A DNA stretch of 64,000 bases from Symbiobacterium thermophilum (lineage in GTDB: Bacteria; Bacillota; Sulfobacillia; UBA995). The stretch lies in assembly GCA_020725145.1 (NCBI GenBank), contig DYFO01000001.1, positions 46,855-110,854 on the forward strand, read 5' to 3'. Positions 29,701 through 38,301 of the stretch are shown piece by piece; the stretch's first letter is position 1, and every line of letters begins with the position of its first letter. Under the pieces are notes generated by a model. The model ran no database searches, was not told where the DNA came from, and saw nothing but the letters and a program-made list of their open reading frames with translations. A program made the translations under genes and the position numbers.

Positions 29701-31217
29701 ACACCCAGGACCGCATCAAGCAACTCATCGCCGAACACGACCTCAACCGGGTGGTGGTAGCCTCGTGCTCGCCGCGCACCCACGAGCCGCTCTTCCAGCA
29801 GACCATCCGTGAGGCGGGGCTCAACCCTTACCTTTTCGAGATGGCCAACATCCGCGACCAGTGCTCCTGGGTGCACATGCAGGAACCGGACGCGGCCACC
29901 GCCAAGGCCAAGGACCTGGTGACGATGGCGGTGGCCAAGGCCCGCCACCTCGAGCCGCTTTACCGCGTGTCGCTACCGGTGACGCAGGCGGCGCTGGTCG
30001 TGGGAGGAGGGGTGGCGGGGCTCACCGCCGCGCTGGGCTTGGCCCGCCAGGGCTTCCCGGTATGCCTGGTGGAGCGGCAAGCCGAGCTCGGCGGTCAGGC
30101 GCGGCGGTTGACCGCCACCCTGGAGGGTGAGGACGTCCCCGCCCTGCTGGCGGAGCTTGTGGGCGAGGTAACGGCCCACCCGCTGATCACCGTGCATACG
30201 GGGTCGACGGTCCGTGAGGTGGAGGGCTTCGTGGGCAACTTCTCCAGCAAGCTGTCCACGCCGGCCGGCGAGGTCACTTTCCGGCACGGCGTGGTGGTAG
30301 TGGCCACGGGAGCCTTTCCGGCCGTGCCCGAAGGCTACCGGTACGGCGAGGACGCGCGCGTGCTGACCCTTCTGGAGATGGAGGAGGCACTGACCGCCGG
30401 CCGCCTCCCGGCGGGCGACGTGGTGATGATCGGCTGCGTGGGTTCGCGGGACGAGACGCGGCCGTACTGCAGCCGCGTTTGTTGCTCGCACATGGTGAAG
30501 AACGCCCTTGCCCTGCGCAGACGTTATCCCGACCGCGAGGTGTACGTGCTCTACCGCGACATGCGCACCTACGGGCGCAAGGAGGATTACTACCGCCAGG
30601 CCCGCGAGGCGGGGGTGACCTTCCTGCGTTACCCGTCGGAGCGACCTCCCGTGCTGAGCGAGCGCGACGGGCGGCTCGGGGTAGAGGTCTTCGATCCCCT
30701 GCTCGGCGAGAAGCTGGTGATCGGCGCCGGGGTCGTCGGGCTGGCCTCCGGTATCGAACCCCACGGCGATGCCCGTACGCTGGCGCAGCTACTCAAGGTG
30801 CCGCTGAACGCGGACGGGTTCTTCCTGGAGGCCCACGTCAAGCTCCGTCCGGTGGACTTTGCGACCGAGGGGGTGTTCGTGGCGGGTCTTTGCCACGCCC
30901 CCAAGACCCTCACCGAGAGCATGGCGCAGGCGCTGGCGGCGGTAGGGCGGGCCACGACGGTGGTGGCGCGCGAGGCCATCGAGGCCGGCGGCCCGGTGGC
31001 GGAGGTGCGCGAGGGCCGCTGCAGCGGTTGCCGGACCTGTGAGGGGGTCTGCCAGTACGCCGCCATCAAGGTGGACCCCGACCGGGGCCGCGCCGTGGTG
31101 GAAAAGGCCCTGTGCAAGGGCTGCGGCGCCTGCGCCGCCACCTGCTGGTGCGGCGCCGTCAGCCTGCGCGGCTTCACCGAGGAGCAGATCCTGGCGGAGG
31201 TGACGGCCCTGCTATGA
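26772..31217 (+). CDS. Giant (~1480 aa) HdrA-GltD-HdrA fusion flavo-iron-sulfur oxidoreductase
   Basis: ATG 26772 overlaps the hdrC stop. The N-terminal HdrA-like FAD domain is followed by [4Fe-4S] motifs, a GltD/NADPH-glutamate-synthase-beta-like module (KVAVVGSGPAGLTCAHYL...VLVIGGGNVAVDAARS), ferredoxin motifs, the HdrA core (CVGSRD...GYCSSVCC) and its thioredoxin-like insert. A second HdrA-like FAD domain (ALVVGGGVAGLTAAL...CVGSRDETRPYCSRVCC) and a C-terminal ferredoxin follow. Confidence 0.75.
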   Translation: MPEAVRGAKTDVTGSVTGAALVVGGGIAGMQAALDLAEAGFYVYLVERSPSIGGTMARLDKTFPTNDCAMCILSPKLVECGRHLNIETLTCAEVLDLEGQPGNFRVRVRRHPRYVDLSKCTGCGDCEKECPVRRPNAYEGGLSLRKAIFRPFPQAYPNAFAIEKAARPMCQVACPAGVHAQGYVALIAEGKFREAVALVRRDNPLPAVCGRVCHHPCEASCRRGLVDEPVAIAALKRFVADYEHELDGEIELAPRAEPRPEKVAVVGSGPAGLTCAHYLAMDGFAVTVFEALPVAGGMLAVGIPSYRLPRPVLETEVRQIERMGVKIRTGTALGRDFSLDDLWRQGYRAVFLAVGAHQDQKLGIPGEESRQVVSGVQFLRRINLGEAVDVGRRVLVIGGGNVAVDAARSCLRMGAEEVTVVYRRSRAEMPAAPHEVAAAEEEGVRFIFLTAPAAVLGDGEVRGLRCLRMQLGEADASGRRRPVPVPGSDFTLHADQIIVAIGQTPDTAFAGEHRTALVGRWGTLTADPQTLATGLPGVFAGGDAVSGPATVVEAIAAGRRAAAAIRRYLDGRDLKDGLAARPEPVVGEVPWQTPRAPRAVMPTLASSERLRGFQEVELGLDEAAAVAEARRCLDCGICAECMECERVCRARAVVHDQPEEIRELAVGAVVLCPGFDTTAPERLFHLGYRRFPNVVTSVEFERILSASGPFEGHVVRPSDRQKPHRIAFVQCVGSRDLRYGEGYCSSVCCMYALKEAVIAREHVAGDLDVTVFYMDMRAYGKDFEHYLNRAQAEYGVRLVRAKVEAVEAGKTPGGLSVCYAADDGRPAREEFDMVVLSVGMRPSSEVVELARRLGISLDEYGFPRPVPGHPTHTSLPGVLVAGPFAAPKDIPETVVEASAAAAEAGKVLALRRGELVRRREYPPERPVANRAPRVGVFVCHCGINIGGVVRVPEVVEHARRLPGVVWAEENLYTCSQDTQDRIKQLIAEHDLNRVVVASCSPRTHEPLFQQTIREAGLNPYLFEMANIRDQCSWVHMQEPDAATAKAKDLVTMAVAKARHLEPLYRVSLPVTQAALVVGGGVAGLTAALGLARQGFPVCLVERQAELGGQARRLTATLEGEDVPALLAELVGEVTAHPLITVHTGSTVREVEGFVGNFSSKLSTPAGEVTFRHGVVVVATGAFPAVPEGYRYGEDARVLTLLEMEEALTAGRLPAGDVVMIGCVGSRDETRPYCSRVCCSHMVKNALALRRRYPDREVYVLYRDMRTYGRKEDYYRQAREAGVTFLRYPSERPPVLSERDGRLGVEVFDPLLGEKLVIGAGVVGLASGIEPHGDARTLAQLLKVPLNADGFFLEAHVKLRPVDFATEGVFVAGLCHAPKTLTESMAQALAAVGRATTVVAREAIEAGGPVAEVREGRCSGCRTCEGVCQYAAIKVDPDRGRAVVEKALCKGCGACAATCWCGAVSLRGFTEEQILAEVTALL

Positions 31218-31651
31218 GTGAGGCCTGGGAGCCCAAGATCGTCGCATTCCTGTGTCACTGGTGCAGCTACGCCGGGGCGGACCTCGCCGGGATCTCCCGG
31301 ATGCAGTACCCCCCGAACGTGCGGGTGATCCGGGTACCGTGCTCGGGCGCGGTCAACCCGTTCTACCTCATCAAGGCCCTGCAACGCGGAGCGGATGGGG
31401 TGCTGGTGTCGGGCTGCCACCCCGGTGACTGCCACTATCTGGCGGGCAACCTGGTCGCCCGCCGCAAGTTCGCCATGCTCAAGGCCTTGCTGGAACACGT
31501 GGGGCTCGAGGAAGGGAGGGTCCAGTTCTCCTGGGTGTCGGCGGCCGAGGGGCAGAAGTTCGCGGACGTGATCCGCGAGGTCACCGAGACCGTGCGGGCG
31601 CTGGGCCCTGCCGGTCGCTTTCGGAAAGCGAGGCGAGCGCTGTGTCGGTGA
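31214..31651 (+). CDS. mvhD: Second MvhD-like (FlxD-like) iron-sulfur protein
   Basis: ATGA overlap with the giant ORF. The translation MSEAWEPKIVAFLCHWCSYAG...CSGAVNP...GCHPGDCHY is MvhD-like. Confidence 0.75.
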   Translation: MSEAWEPKIVAFLCHWCSYAGADLAGISRMQYPPNVRVIRVPCSGAVNPFYLIKALQRGADGVLVSGCHPGDCHYLAGNLVARRKFAMLKALLEHVGLEEGRVQFSWVSAAEGQKFADVIREVTETVRALGPAGRFRKARRALCR

Positions 31652-32586
31652 ACGCCCTGCTGCGCGAGACCGCCGCCCGGCTACTGGCCGAAGGGACCGT
31701 GCGGCTGGTCGTGGGCTGGGAGAAGGGCACGCTGCCGCTACGCACCACTCCGCTCCTGGCCCGTACGGCCGAGCAGGCGGATCGCCTGGTGGCCGACGCC
31801 ACCTGCGATCAGAATCTGGCCGTCTACCTCACCCGGTTCAAGGATGAGAAGGTGGCGCTGGTGGCCCGGCCCTGCGAAGCCCGCACCCTGGTCGAGTACT
31901 GCCGCGAGCACCGGGCGAGCCCCGACCGCGTGCTGGCCATCGGCGTCCCCTGCACCGGCATGCTCTCCCGCAGGGCGCTGGAGCGCCGGCTGTCCGGCCG
32001 CCTGCCGGCCGCCGGGCGCCTCGAAGGCGACCTGGTGATCTGCTCCGGCGAGGACTGGGAGGAGCGCCTGCCCTTGACCGACCTGCTGGAACCGGTCTGC
32101 TACGGTTGCCGGCTGCCGGGCGCCGACCGCTACTGGAGGGTGCTCGGCGAATCAAGACCGCCCGCCGGCGACCGCTACGCGGAGCTCGATCGTTTCCGGC
32201 AGATGGCCGGCGAGGAGCGTTACGCCGCCTTCTGCCGGGCGGTGGAGCGCTGCATTCGCTGCTACGCCTGCCGTCAGGCCTGCCCCATGTGCTACTGCCC
32301 CGAGTGCTTCAGCGACCGCAGTGCCCCCACCTGGGTGGGTTCCTCGGACGACCTTTCCGACACCATGGTCTTCCACCTCACCCGCACGCTGCACCTGGCC
32401 GGGCGCTGCGTGGACTGCGGCGCCTGCGTCCGCGCCTGCCCGGTCGGTGTCGACCTCCGCCACCTCCACCTGCGGCTCGGACGCGAGGCGGAGGAGCGCT
32501 TTGCGTACCGTCCGGGGCTGGACGCCGCCGACCGTCCCCTGGTGGCCACCTTCCGGCCGGACGACCCGGAGGAGTTCATCAGATGA
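31642..32586 (+). CDS. Poly-ferredoxin-like Fe-S protein (FlxC-like / FrhB-family-like)
   Basis: It has multiple Cys motifs (CIRCYACRQACPMCYCPECF, CVDCGACVRACP). It lies between mvhD and the sulfhydrogenase-like subunits. Confidence 0.55.
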   Translation: MSVNALLRETAARLLAEGTVRLVVGWEKGTLPLRTTPLLARTAEQADRLVADATCDQNLAVYLTRFKDEKVALVARPCEARTLVEYCREHRASPDRVLAIGVPCTGMLSRRALERRLSGRLPAAGRLEGDLVICSGEDWEERLPLTDLLEPVCYGCRLPGADRYWRVLGESRPPAGDRYAELDRFRQMAGEERYAAFCRAVERCIRCYACRQACPMCYCPECFSDRSAPTWVGSSDDLSDTMVFHLTRTLHLAGRCVDCGACVRACPVGVDLRHLHLRLGREAEERFAYRPGLDAADRPLVATFRPDDPEEFIR

Positions 32587-33626
32587 GGAGAGGGGAAGCT
32601 GCCGTGGCCGGCGTGATCCTCGAGCACTCCGAACTGAACCGCATCCTGGCCCACGTCGCCGGGCAGGCCCGGCTCTGGGTGGCGACCGGGGAGGGAGAGG
32701 AAGCGGCCTTTTTGCCCTACCGCCCGGGAATCCCCCTCCGGAGGGGACCGGGACCGACCCGGCGCACCGCCAAGGAGATCTTCTTCCCGCGCACCGAGGC
32801 CTTGTTCACCTTCCATGAGGCCGACGGCAAACCCCGCCTGGAGCCGGCGAAGGTGGATGACGGACCACTGGTCGTCTTCGGGCTGCGCCCGTGTGATGCC
32901 CGCGCGCTTTGCCTGCTGGACCCGGTTTTCGAGGACCCGCTGTGGCCCGACCGCCTGTACGGTGGCCGGCGGGCGCGGGCCATCCTGGTGGGGATGGCCT
33001 GCTCGCAACCTTCACGCGCGTGCTTTTGCACCTCGGTAGGGGGAGACCCCGCGGGTGAGGAGGGGCTGGACGTCATACTGGTCGCGTTGGACGACGCTTA
33101 CCTGGCCCGAGCGACCACCGACCGCGGGGCGGAGTGGCTGGAAGGACTGGGCTTTTCGCCCGCCCCGCCCGAGGCGGAGGCGGCCGCCGCCCGGGTGGCC
33201 GAGACCGCCCGGCGCGCCCTTGCGGCCGTCCCGGCCGATGGTCTGAAGGAACGGCTGGACGGGCGCTTCGAGCACCCCGTCTGGGACCGCCTGCACGAGC
33301 GTTGCCTGGGGTGCGCCGCCTGCACTTACCTGTGCCCCACCTGCCACTGCTTCGACATCGTGGACGAGGGCGGCCCGGGTGAGGGTGTGCGCCTGCGCAA
33401 CTGGGATTCCTGCATGTTCGCGCTGTTCACGCTGCACGCGTCGGGCCACAACCCCCGCATGACCGGGAAGGAACGGATGCGGCAGCGCATCATGCACAAG
33501 TTCAACTACTACCCGGAGCGCCAGGGCCGCCCGGCCTGCGTGGGCTGTGGGCGATGCGTGGAGATCTGTCCCGTGAACCTGGACCTCCGACAGGTGATCG
33601 CCGAACTTGAGGGGGTGGAAGCGTGA
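32583..33626 (+). CDS. Fe-S subunit related to sulfhydrogenase beta / AsrA / FlxB
   Basis: ATGA overlap with the previous gene. Motifs are CLGCAACTYLCPTCHCF and CVGCGRCVEICP. Confidence 0.6.
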   Translation: MRRGEAAVAGVILEHSELNRILAHVAGQARLWVATGEGEEAAFLPYRPGIPLRRGPGPTRRTAKEIFFPRTEALFTFHEADGKPRLEPAKVDDGPLVVFGLRPCDARALCLLDPVFEDPLWPDRLYGGRRARAILVGMACSQPSRACFCTSVGGDPAGEEGLDVILVALDDAYLARATTDRGAEWLEGLGFSPAPPEAEAAAARVAETARRALAAVPADGLKERLDGRFEHPVWDRLHERCLGCAACTYLCPTCHCFDIVDEGGPGEGVRLRNWDSCMFALFTLHASGHNPRMTGKERMRQRIMHKFNYYPERQGRPACVGCGRCVEICPVNLDLRQVIAELEGVEA

Positions 33627-34459
33627 ACCCGTACCTGCCCCACCTGGCCACCATCGACGAGATCATCCCCGAGACGGCCTCGCAGGACGTGAAAACCTTC
33701 CGCGTGGTCTTCGCCGACGCTGCCGTCCGCGCAAGCTTCAGCTACGAGCCGGGGCAGTTCGCCGAGCTGTCGCTTCTCGGCGTCGGCGAGGCTCCCATCT
33801 CCATCACCTCCTCGCCGACGCAGCGGGGCTACCTCGAGTTCGCCGTCAAGCGGGCCGGGGTGGTCACCACCGCCCTGCACTGGAGCCGGCCCGGCGATCA
33901 CCTCGGCATCCGCGGTCCGTACGGCAACCATTTCCCTTACCGGGAAATGGAGGGCAAGAACATCGTGTTCATCGGTGGCGGCATCGGCCTTGCCCCGCTG
34001 CGCTCGCTGATCAACTACGTGCTGGACCCGTCCAACCGCTCGCGCTATGCCGCGGTCAGCATCATCTACGGCGCGCGCAGCCCCGGGGACCTGGTGTTCA
34101 AGTGGGAGCTTGACGCGTGGCAACGGCGCCAGGACACCGAGCTTCACGTCACCGTGGACCGCGGCGACGAGGGTTGGACCGGGCGCGTGGGTTTCGTCCC
34201 GCAGGTGCTGATGGACGTGGCACCGAGCCCGGCCAACACGGTGACCGTCACCTGCGGCCCCCCTATCATGATCAAGTACGTGCTGGAGAACCTGGAGAAG
34301 CTCGGCTTTGCCCCCGACCAGATCGTGACCACGCTGGAGATGCGCATGAAGTGCGGGATCGGCAAGTGCGGCCGCTGCAACATCGGTTCCCGCTACGTGT
34401 GCCAGGACGGCCCGGTCTTCACCTACGAACAACTGCGGCAGATGCCGGCCGAGTACTAG
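33623..34459 (+). CDS. FAD/NAD(P)-binding oxidoreductase related to sulfhydrogenase gamma / AsrB / FlxA, with a C-terminal [2Fe-2S]
   Basis: GTGA overlap with the previous gene. The translation has an FNR-like fold (RVVF...FAELSLLGVGEAPISI) and a C-terminal CGIGKCGRC. Confidence 0.65.
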   Translation: MNPYLPHLATIDEIIPETASQDVKTFRVVFADAAVRASFSYEPGQFAELSLLGVGEAPISITSSPTQRGYLEFAVKRAGVVTTALHWSRPGDHLGIRGPYGNHFPYREMEGKNIVFIGGGIGLAPLRSLINYVLDPSNRSRYAAVSIIYGARSPGDLVFKWELDAWQRRQDTELHVTVDRGDEGWTGRVGFVPQVLMDVAPSPANTVTVTCGPPIMIKYVLENLEKLGFAPDQIVTTLEMRMKCGIGKCGRCNIGSRYVCQDGPVFTYEQLRQMPAEY

Positions 34460-34481
34460 CCGCGGAGGGGAAGGGAGAGCC

Positions 34482-35138
34482 TTGATCGTCTGCGAGCGCA
34501 AGCCGCTGTCCACCATCCTGGAGAGCCTCCGGAGCTACCGCAAGGTGGTGATCGCCGGCTGTTCGGAGTGCGTCACCGTGTGCCATGCCGGCGGCGAGAA
34601 GGAGGTGGCCCTGCTTCGCGACCTCATCTTGCTGGCCCGCAATGACCTGACGGTCACCACCGAAGTGCTCACGCGCCAGTGCGACGTCGAGTTCCTGGAG
34701 GCGCTGGACGGGCATGTCGAAAAGGCCGAGTGCGTGGTCTCCATGGCCTGCGGCGTTGGGGTGCAGTTCCTGGCCGAACGTTACCCCGCAACCTGGGTGA
34801 TACCGGCGGTCGACACCCGCTTCGCCGGCGGCTCCCGCCAGCCCGGCACCTGGGAGGAGCGCTGCGGCCTGTGCGGCGACTGCGTGCTGCATCTCACCGG
34901 CGGCATCTGCCCCGTCGCCCGCTGCTCCAAGAGCCTGCTCAACGGTCCCTGCGGCGGCTCTCAGGGCGGCCGTTGCGAGGTCGGCGAGGAGCTAAGCTGC
35001 GCCTGGCACGAGATCCACGACCGCCTCGAAAAGCTCGGAAGGCTCGATCTCCTGGAGGTCGTGCTTCCCCCCAAGGACTGGTCCCGCGCCAGGGACGGTG
35101 GACCCCGCAAGCTTCTCCGGGAGGACGTCGCGGTATGA
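34482..35138 (+). CDS. metV: MetV (MTHFR-associated Zn/Fe-S subunit, 'MTHFR C-terminal' family)
   Basis: The 218-aa Cys-rich protein (CSECVTVCH...CGLCGDCVLHLTGGICPVARC) is ATGA-coupled to metF. Confidence 0.7.
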   Translation: MIVCERKPLSTILESLRSYRKVVIAGCSECVTVCHAGGEKEVALLRDLILLARNDLTVTTEVLTRQCDVEFLEALDGHVEKAECVVSMACGVGVQFLAERYPATWVIPAVDTRFAGGSRQPGTWEERCGLCGDCVLHLTGGICPVARCSKSLLNGPCGGSQGGRCEVGEELSCAWHEIHDRLEKLGRLDLLEVVLPPKDWSRARDGGPRKLLREDVAV

Positions 35139-36064
35139 GTAACGGCCAAAGCAAGCTCGAACGGCTGCTCCACGACGGGCACTTCGTGGTCACGGCGGAA
35201 GTGGGCCCTCCCCAGGGGGCCGCGGCCGACGGCATCCGGCACCACGCCGAGCTCCTCAAGGACGTGACCGACGGCCAGAACCTCACCGACAACCAGACGG
35301 CCATCGTCCGTCTGTCCAGCATAGCCGCGGGGGTGCACGTGCTGGCGGCCGGCGGCGAGCCGATCATCCAGATGACCTGCCGCGACCGTAACCGCATCGC
35401 CATCCAGAGCGACCTGCTGGGGGCCTGGAGCCTGGGCATCCGCAACCTGCTGTGCCTGAGCGGCGACCACCAGTCCTTCGGCAACCACCCCTCCGCCCGC
35501 AACGTATTCGACCTGGATTCGGTGCAGCTGGTCAAGATGGTGCGCGAGATGGCCGACCCCGGCATCTTCCAAAACGGCGAGGCCATCGCCGAGAACGCGC
35601 GACCCCGCTTCTTCGTGGGTGCGGCGGAGAACCCCTTCGCCGAGCCCTTTGCCTTCCGCGTGCGCCGCCTGGCGAAGAAGGTGGCGGCGGGTGCCCAGTT
35701 CATCCAGACCCAGGCCATCTTCGACCTTCCCCGCTTCGAGCGGTGGATGCAGATGGTGCACGACGCGGGCCTCGATGAAAAGGTGTACATCCTCGGAGGC
35801 ATCTGCCCTGCCAAGTCTTTCGGTGCCCTGCGCTACATGAGCAAGGTGCCCGGCATGGCCGTGCCCGACGCGTTGCTCGACCGTATGAAGGGTGTGGAAC
35901 GCAAACGGCAGGCCGAAGAAGGCATCCGCATCGCCGTGGAAACCATCCAGCGCCTGCGCGAGATCAAGGGGGTCCGCGGGGTGCACGTGATGGCCATCAT
36001 GTGGGAGGAGATGGTTCCCCGCATCGTGGAGGAAGCCGGGCTTTTGCCGAGGCCCGTAGCCTGA
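35135..36064 (+). CDS. metF: 5,10-methylenetetrahydrofolate reductase MetF
   Basis: The 309-aa TIM-barrel MTHFR (FVVTAEVGPP...) is the last gene of the redox/WL block. Confidence 0.85.
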   Translation: MSNGQSKLERLLHDGHFVVTAEVGPPQGAAADGIRHHAELLKDVTDGQNLTDNQTAIVRLSSIAAGVHVLAAGGEPIIQMTCRDRNRIAIQSDLLGAWSLGIRNLLCLSGDHQSFGNHPSARNVFDLDSVQLVKMVREMADPGIFQNGEAIAENARPRFFVGAAENPFAEPFAFRVRRLAKKVAAGAQFIQTQAIFDLPRFERWMQMVHDAGLDEKVYILGGICPAKSFGALRYMSKVPGMAVPDALLDRMKGVERKRQAEEGIRIAVETIQRLREIKGVRGVHVMAIMWEEMVPRIVEEAGLLPRPVA

Positions 36065-36126
36065 CGGGCGCCGACACCCATAACCTGCGTCAGGAGGCGT
36101 AAAGACATGCCGCAATACGGGGTCCG

Positions 36127-36679
36127 GTGCACCGGCTGTCTGTCGTCCAGGTTCTTCCGCGGGTGATCTTGCCGGGGCGAAGCCCCTGCCCGGAGGTGAG
36201 CGAGATCCAGATCGCCCGGTGCTCCAAGGAAGACTTCGACCAGATCCTCGCCGAACTGGTTGATTTCTGGGGAAGTGAGCGTACCGCCCACCTGCATCAC
36301 CCCATCTTCCTCTACCAGTTCGGCGATACGGCCCATGTGATCGGGGAGGAAGGCCGCGTGCTCGCCTATCTCTTCGGCTTTCTTGCGCAGACCGGCCCCG
36401 TGGCCTAGGTGCACCTCGTCGCCGTGCGTCGCGCAAACCGCAGACAGGGCCGCGGGCGGCGGCTGTACGAGCACTTCATCGAGCAGGCGCGCGGCCGCGG
36501 CTGCAGGCGGCTGCAGGCGGCTGCAGGCCATCACCACCCCCGGCAACCTCGATTCCATCCGCTTTCACCTCGGTCTGGGAATGCAGATGCTGGGCCGGCC
36601 GGGCCCGGACGGCATCCCCGTGGTGCCCGATTACGCAGGCCCCGGCCAGCCGCGGGTGGCTTTCCACCGCGCCATATGA
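36127..36679 (+). pseudogene. GNAT N-acetyltransferase disrupted by an in-frame TAG (36406-36408) and a +10-bp tandem-repeat frameshift
   Basis: Frame 1 reads ...YLFGFLAQTGPVA*VHLVAVRRANRRQGRGRRLYEHFIEQARGRGCRRLQ. After the repeat the GNAT C-terminus continues in frame 2 (AITTPGNLDSIRFHLGLGMQ...). Removing one 10-bp unit restores a single ORF. Confidence 0.75.
36498..36527. repeat. Perfect 3x direct tandem repeat of the 10-bp unit CGGCTGCAGG
   Basis: Read directly in the sequence at 36498-36527. It lies inside the GNAT pseudogene. Confidence 0.9.
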
Positions 36680-36765
36680 TCCGGGCGCCGGAGGAGCCCG
36701 CCCCCTTCCCGGCGAATTGTCAGTAAGTTCCCGCAGGCTCTGGACGCCGGCATGCTCCTTGGGGG

Positions 36766-38241
36766 GTGGGCGCCGTGATGACCGGCCAGCAGTATCTTGA
36801 GTCGCTGCGCAGGCTGAAGCCTTGCCTGTACTACCGCGGCGAGCGGGTGGAGGACGTCACCGCCCATCCCGTGCTCGCCCCCCACGTGCGCGCGGCGGCG
36901 CTGACCTATGAGCTCGCCCACGAGGAGCGGTACGCCGGGCTGATGACCGCACGATCGCACCTTGACGGCCGGCCGATCAACCGCTTCACCCATGTTCACC
37001 GGGACACCGGTGACCTGGTGGCCAAGGTGAAGATGCTGCGGCTGCTGGGGCAGAAGACCGGAAGCTGTTTTCAGCGCTGCGTGGGACTTGACGCCCTCAA
37101 CGCGCTGTATTCGGTGACCTATGAGATGGATGCGGAGCACGGAACCGACTACCACAGGCGGCTCGCCGCCTTCCTTGCCGAAGTTCAGGCCGGCGACCTC
37201 ATGTGTGCGGGCTCGATGACCGACGTGAAGGGGGATCGCGCGCGGCGACCCTCGGAGCAGCGAGACCCCGACCTCTATGTGCGGGTGGTCGACCGCGACG
37301 GGCGAGGGGTGGTGCTGCGGGGCGCCAAGGCCCACCAGACGGGCATGGCCAACGCGCACCACATGGTGCTGATGCCCACCATGGCCCTGGGCGAGGCGGA
37401 CAGGGCTTACGCGGTGGCCTGCGCCGTGCCGGTGGACGCTCCGGGCGTGGTGCACGTGTTCGGTCGCCAGACCAACGACGGCCGGCGCCGGGCAGGTCTG
37501 GGAGTGGACGTGGGCAACGCGCGCTTCGGCGTGGTAGGAGGTGAGACCACCACCATTCTGCAGGACGTATTCGTGCCCTGGGAACGGGTGTTCATGGCCG
37601 GGGAGTGGCGGTGGACGGGGACGCTCGTGGAGCGGTTTGCCTCCTACCACCGGCAAAACTACGGGGGCTGCAAGGTCGGGGTGGGCGACGTGATGATCGG
37701 CGCGGCGGCCGTCATGGCGCGGCTGAACGGCGTGTTGCAGGCCTCCCACGTGCGTGACAAGCTGGTGGAGATGGTGCACCTGGTGGAGACGATGTACGCG
37801 GGATCGCTTGCCTGCTCGGTGGAGGGCCGGGCCACTCCCTCCGGGGCCTACCTGGTGGACCCCTTGCTGGCCAACACCGTCAAGCAGAACGTGACCCGCT
37901 TCGCCTACGAGGTGGCACGGTTGGCCCACGACCTTGCCGGAGGTTTGCTGGCCACGTTGCCGTCAGAGGAGGACTTCGCCCACCCCGAGGTCGGCCCGCT
38001 GCTCGGCAAGTACTTCCAGGGCGCCGGGCAGGCGGCCACCGCGGTGCGCGTGAGGGTGGCCCGCCTGCTCGAGAACATGACCGGCGGCACCGCCCTGCTG
38101 GAGTCCATGCACGGGGCCGGATCCCCACAGGCGCAACGGGTGATGATCCTCCGCCAGGCGGCCTTGGCCGACAAGCAGCGGCTGGCGCTGGAACTCGCGG
38201 GCGTGCCCGAGGAAGAGAGGGATTTGCTCCTGTCCTGCTGA
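36766..38241 (+). CDS. 4-hydroxybutyryl-CoA dehydratase / vinylacetyl-CoA isomerase (AbfD-type; HpaB superfamily)
   Basis: Alternative starts exist in a GTG/GTG/ATG cluster at 36766-36778. The protein has the AbfD-type [4Fe-4S] ligand pattern C-x3-C (GSCFQRC) and H-x6-C (YHRQNYGGC). Confidence 0.7.
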   Translation: MGAVMTGQQYLESLRRLKPCLYYRGERVEDVTAHPVLAPHVRAAALTYELAHEERYAGLMTARSHLDGRPINRFTHVHRDTGDLVAKVKMLRLLGQKTGSCFQRCVGLDALNALYSVTYEMDAEHGTDYHRRLAAFLAEVQAGDLMCAGSMTDVKGDRARRPSEQRDPDLYVRVVDRDGRGVVLRGAKAHQTGMANAHHMVLMPTMALGEADRAYAVACAVPVDAPGVVHVFGRQTNDGRRRAGLGVDVGNARFGVVGGETTTILQDVFVPWERVFMAGEWRWTGTLVERFASYHRQNYGGCKVGVGDVMIGAAAVMARLNGVLQASHVRDKLVEMVHLVETMYAGSLACSVEGRATPSGAYLVDPLLANTVKQNVTRFAYEVARLAHDLAGGLLATLPSEEDFAHPEVGPLLGKYFQGAGQAATAVRVRVARLLENMTGGTALLESMHGAGSPQAQRVMILRQAALADKQRLALELAGVPEEERDLLLSC

Positions 38242-38301
38242 ATATTGCCACCTCACCGAACATTCCGTCTATATTGGTGGAACTACGGGGAGGTGGTCCC
38301 G

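Noticed and set aside
26745-29948. 1067-aa minus-strand ORF antisense to the giant HdrA-GltD gene. Similar long antisense ORFs occur at 59309-61333, 19229-21097, 14397-15578, 16709-17815 and 62147-63502.
   Set aside because: In ~70% GC DNA, stop-free antisense frames are expected by chance. Their translations are Arg/Gly/Pro/His-rich low complexity with no recognisable domains. The sense-strand genes have clear motifs, RBSs and operon context.
36124-36135. Perfect 12-bp palindrome CCGGTGCACCGG.
   Set aside because: It lies in the 5' part of the GNAT pseudogene ORF with no partner half-sites or promoter context. It is likely coincidental in GC-rich DNA.
36498-36527. The 3x 10-bp direct repeat as a possible mini-CRISPR or array.
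   Set aside because: There are only three contiguous identical units with no spacers. It lies inside a coding sequence. It is a simple tandem duplication.
36766-38241. Annotation as 4-hydroxyphenylacetate 3-monooxygenase (HpaB oxygenase component).
   Set aside because: It carries the C-x3-C and H-x6-C [4Fe-4S] ligand pattern of anaerobic 4-hydroxybutyryl-CoA dehydratase. It sits in a strictly anaerobic (CODH/ACS) context.
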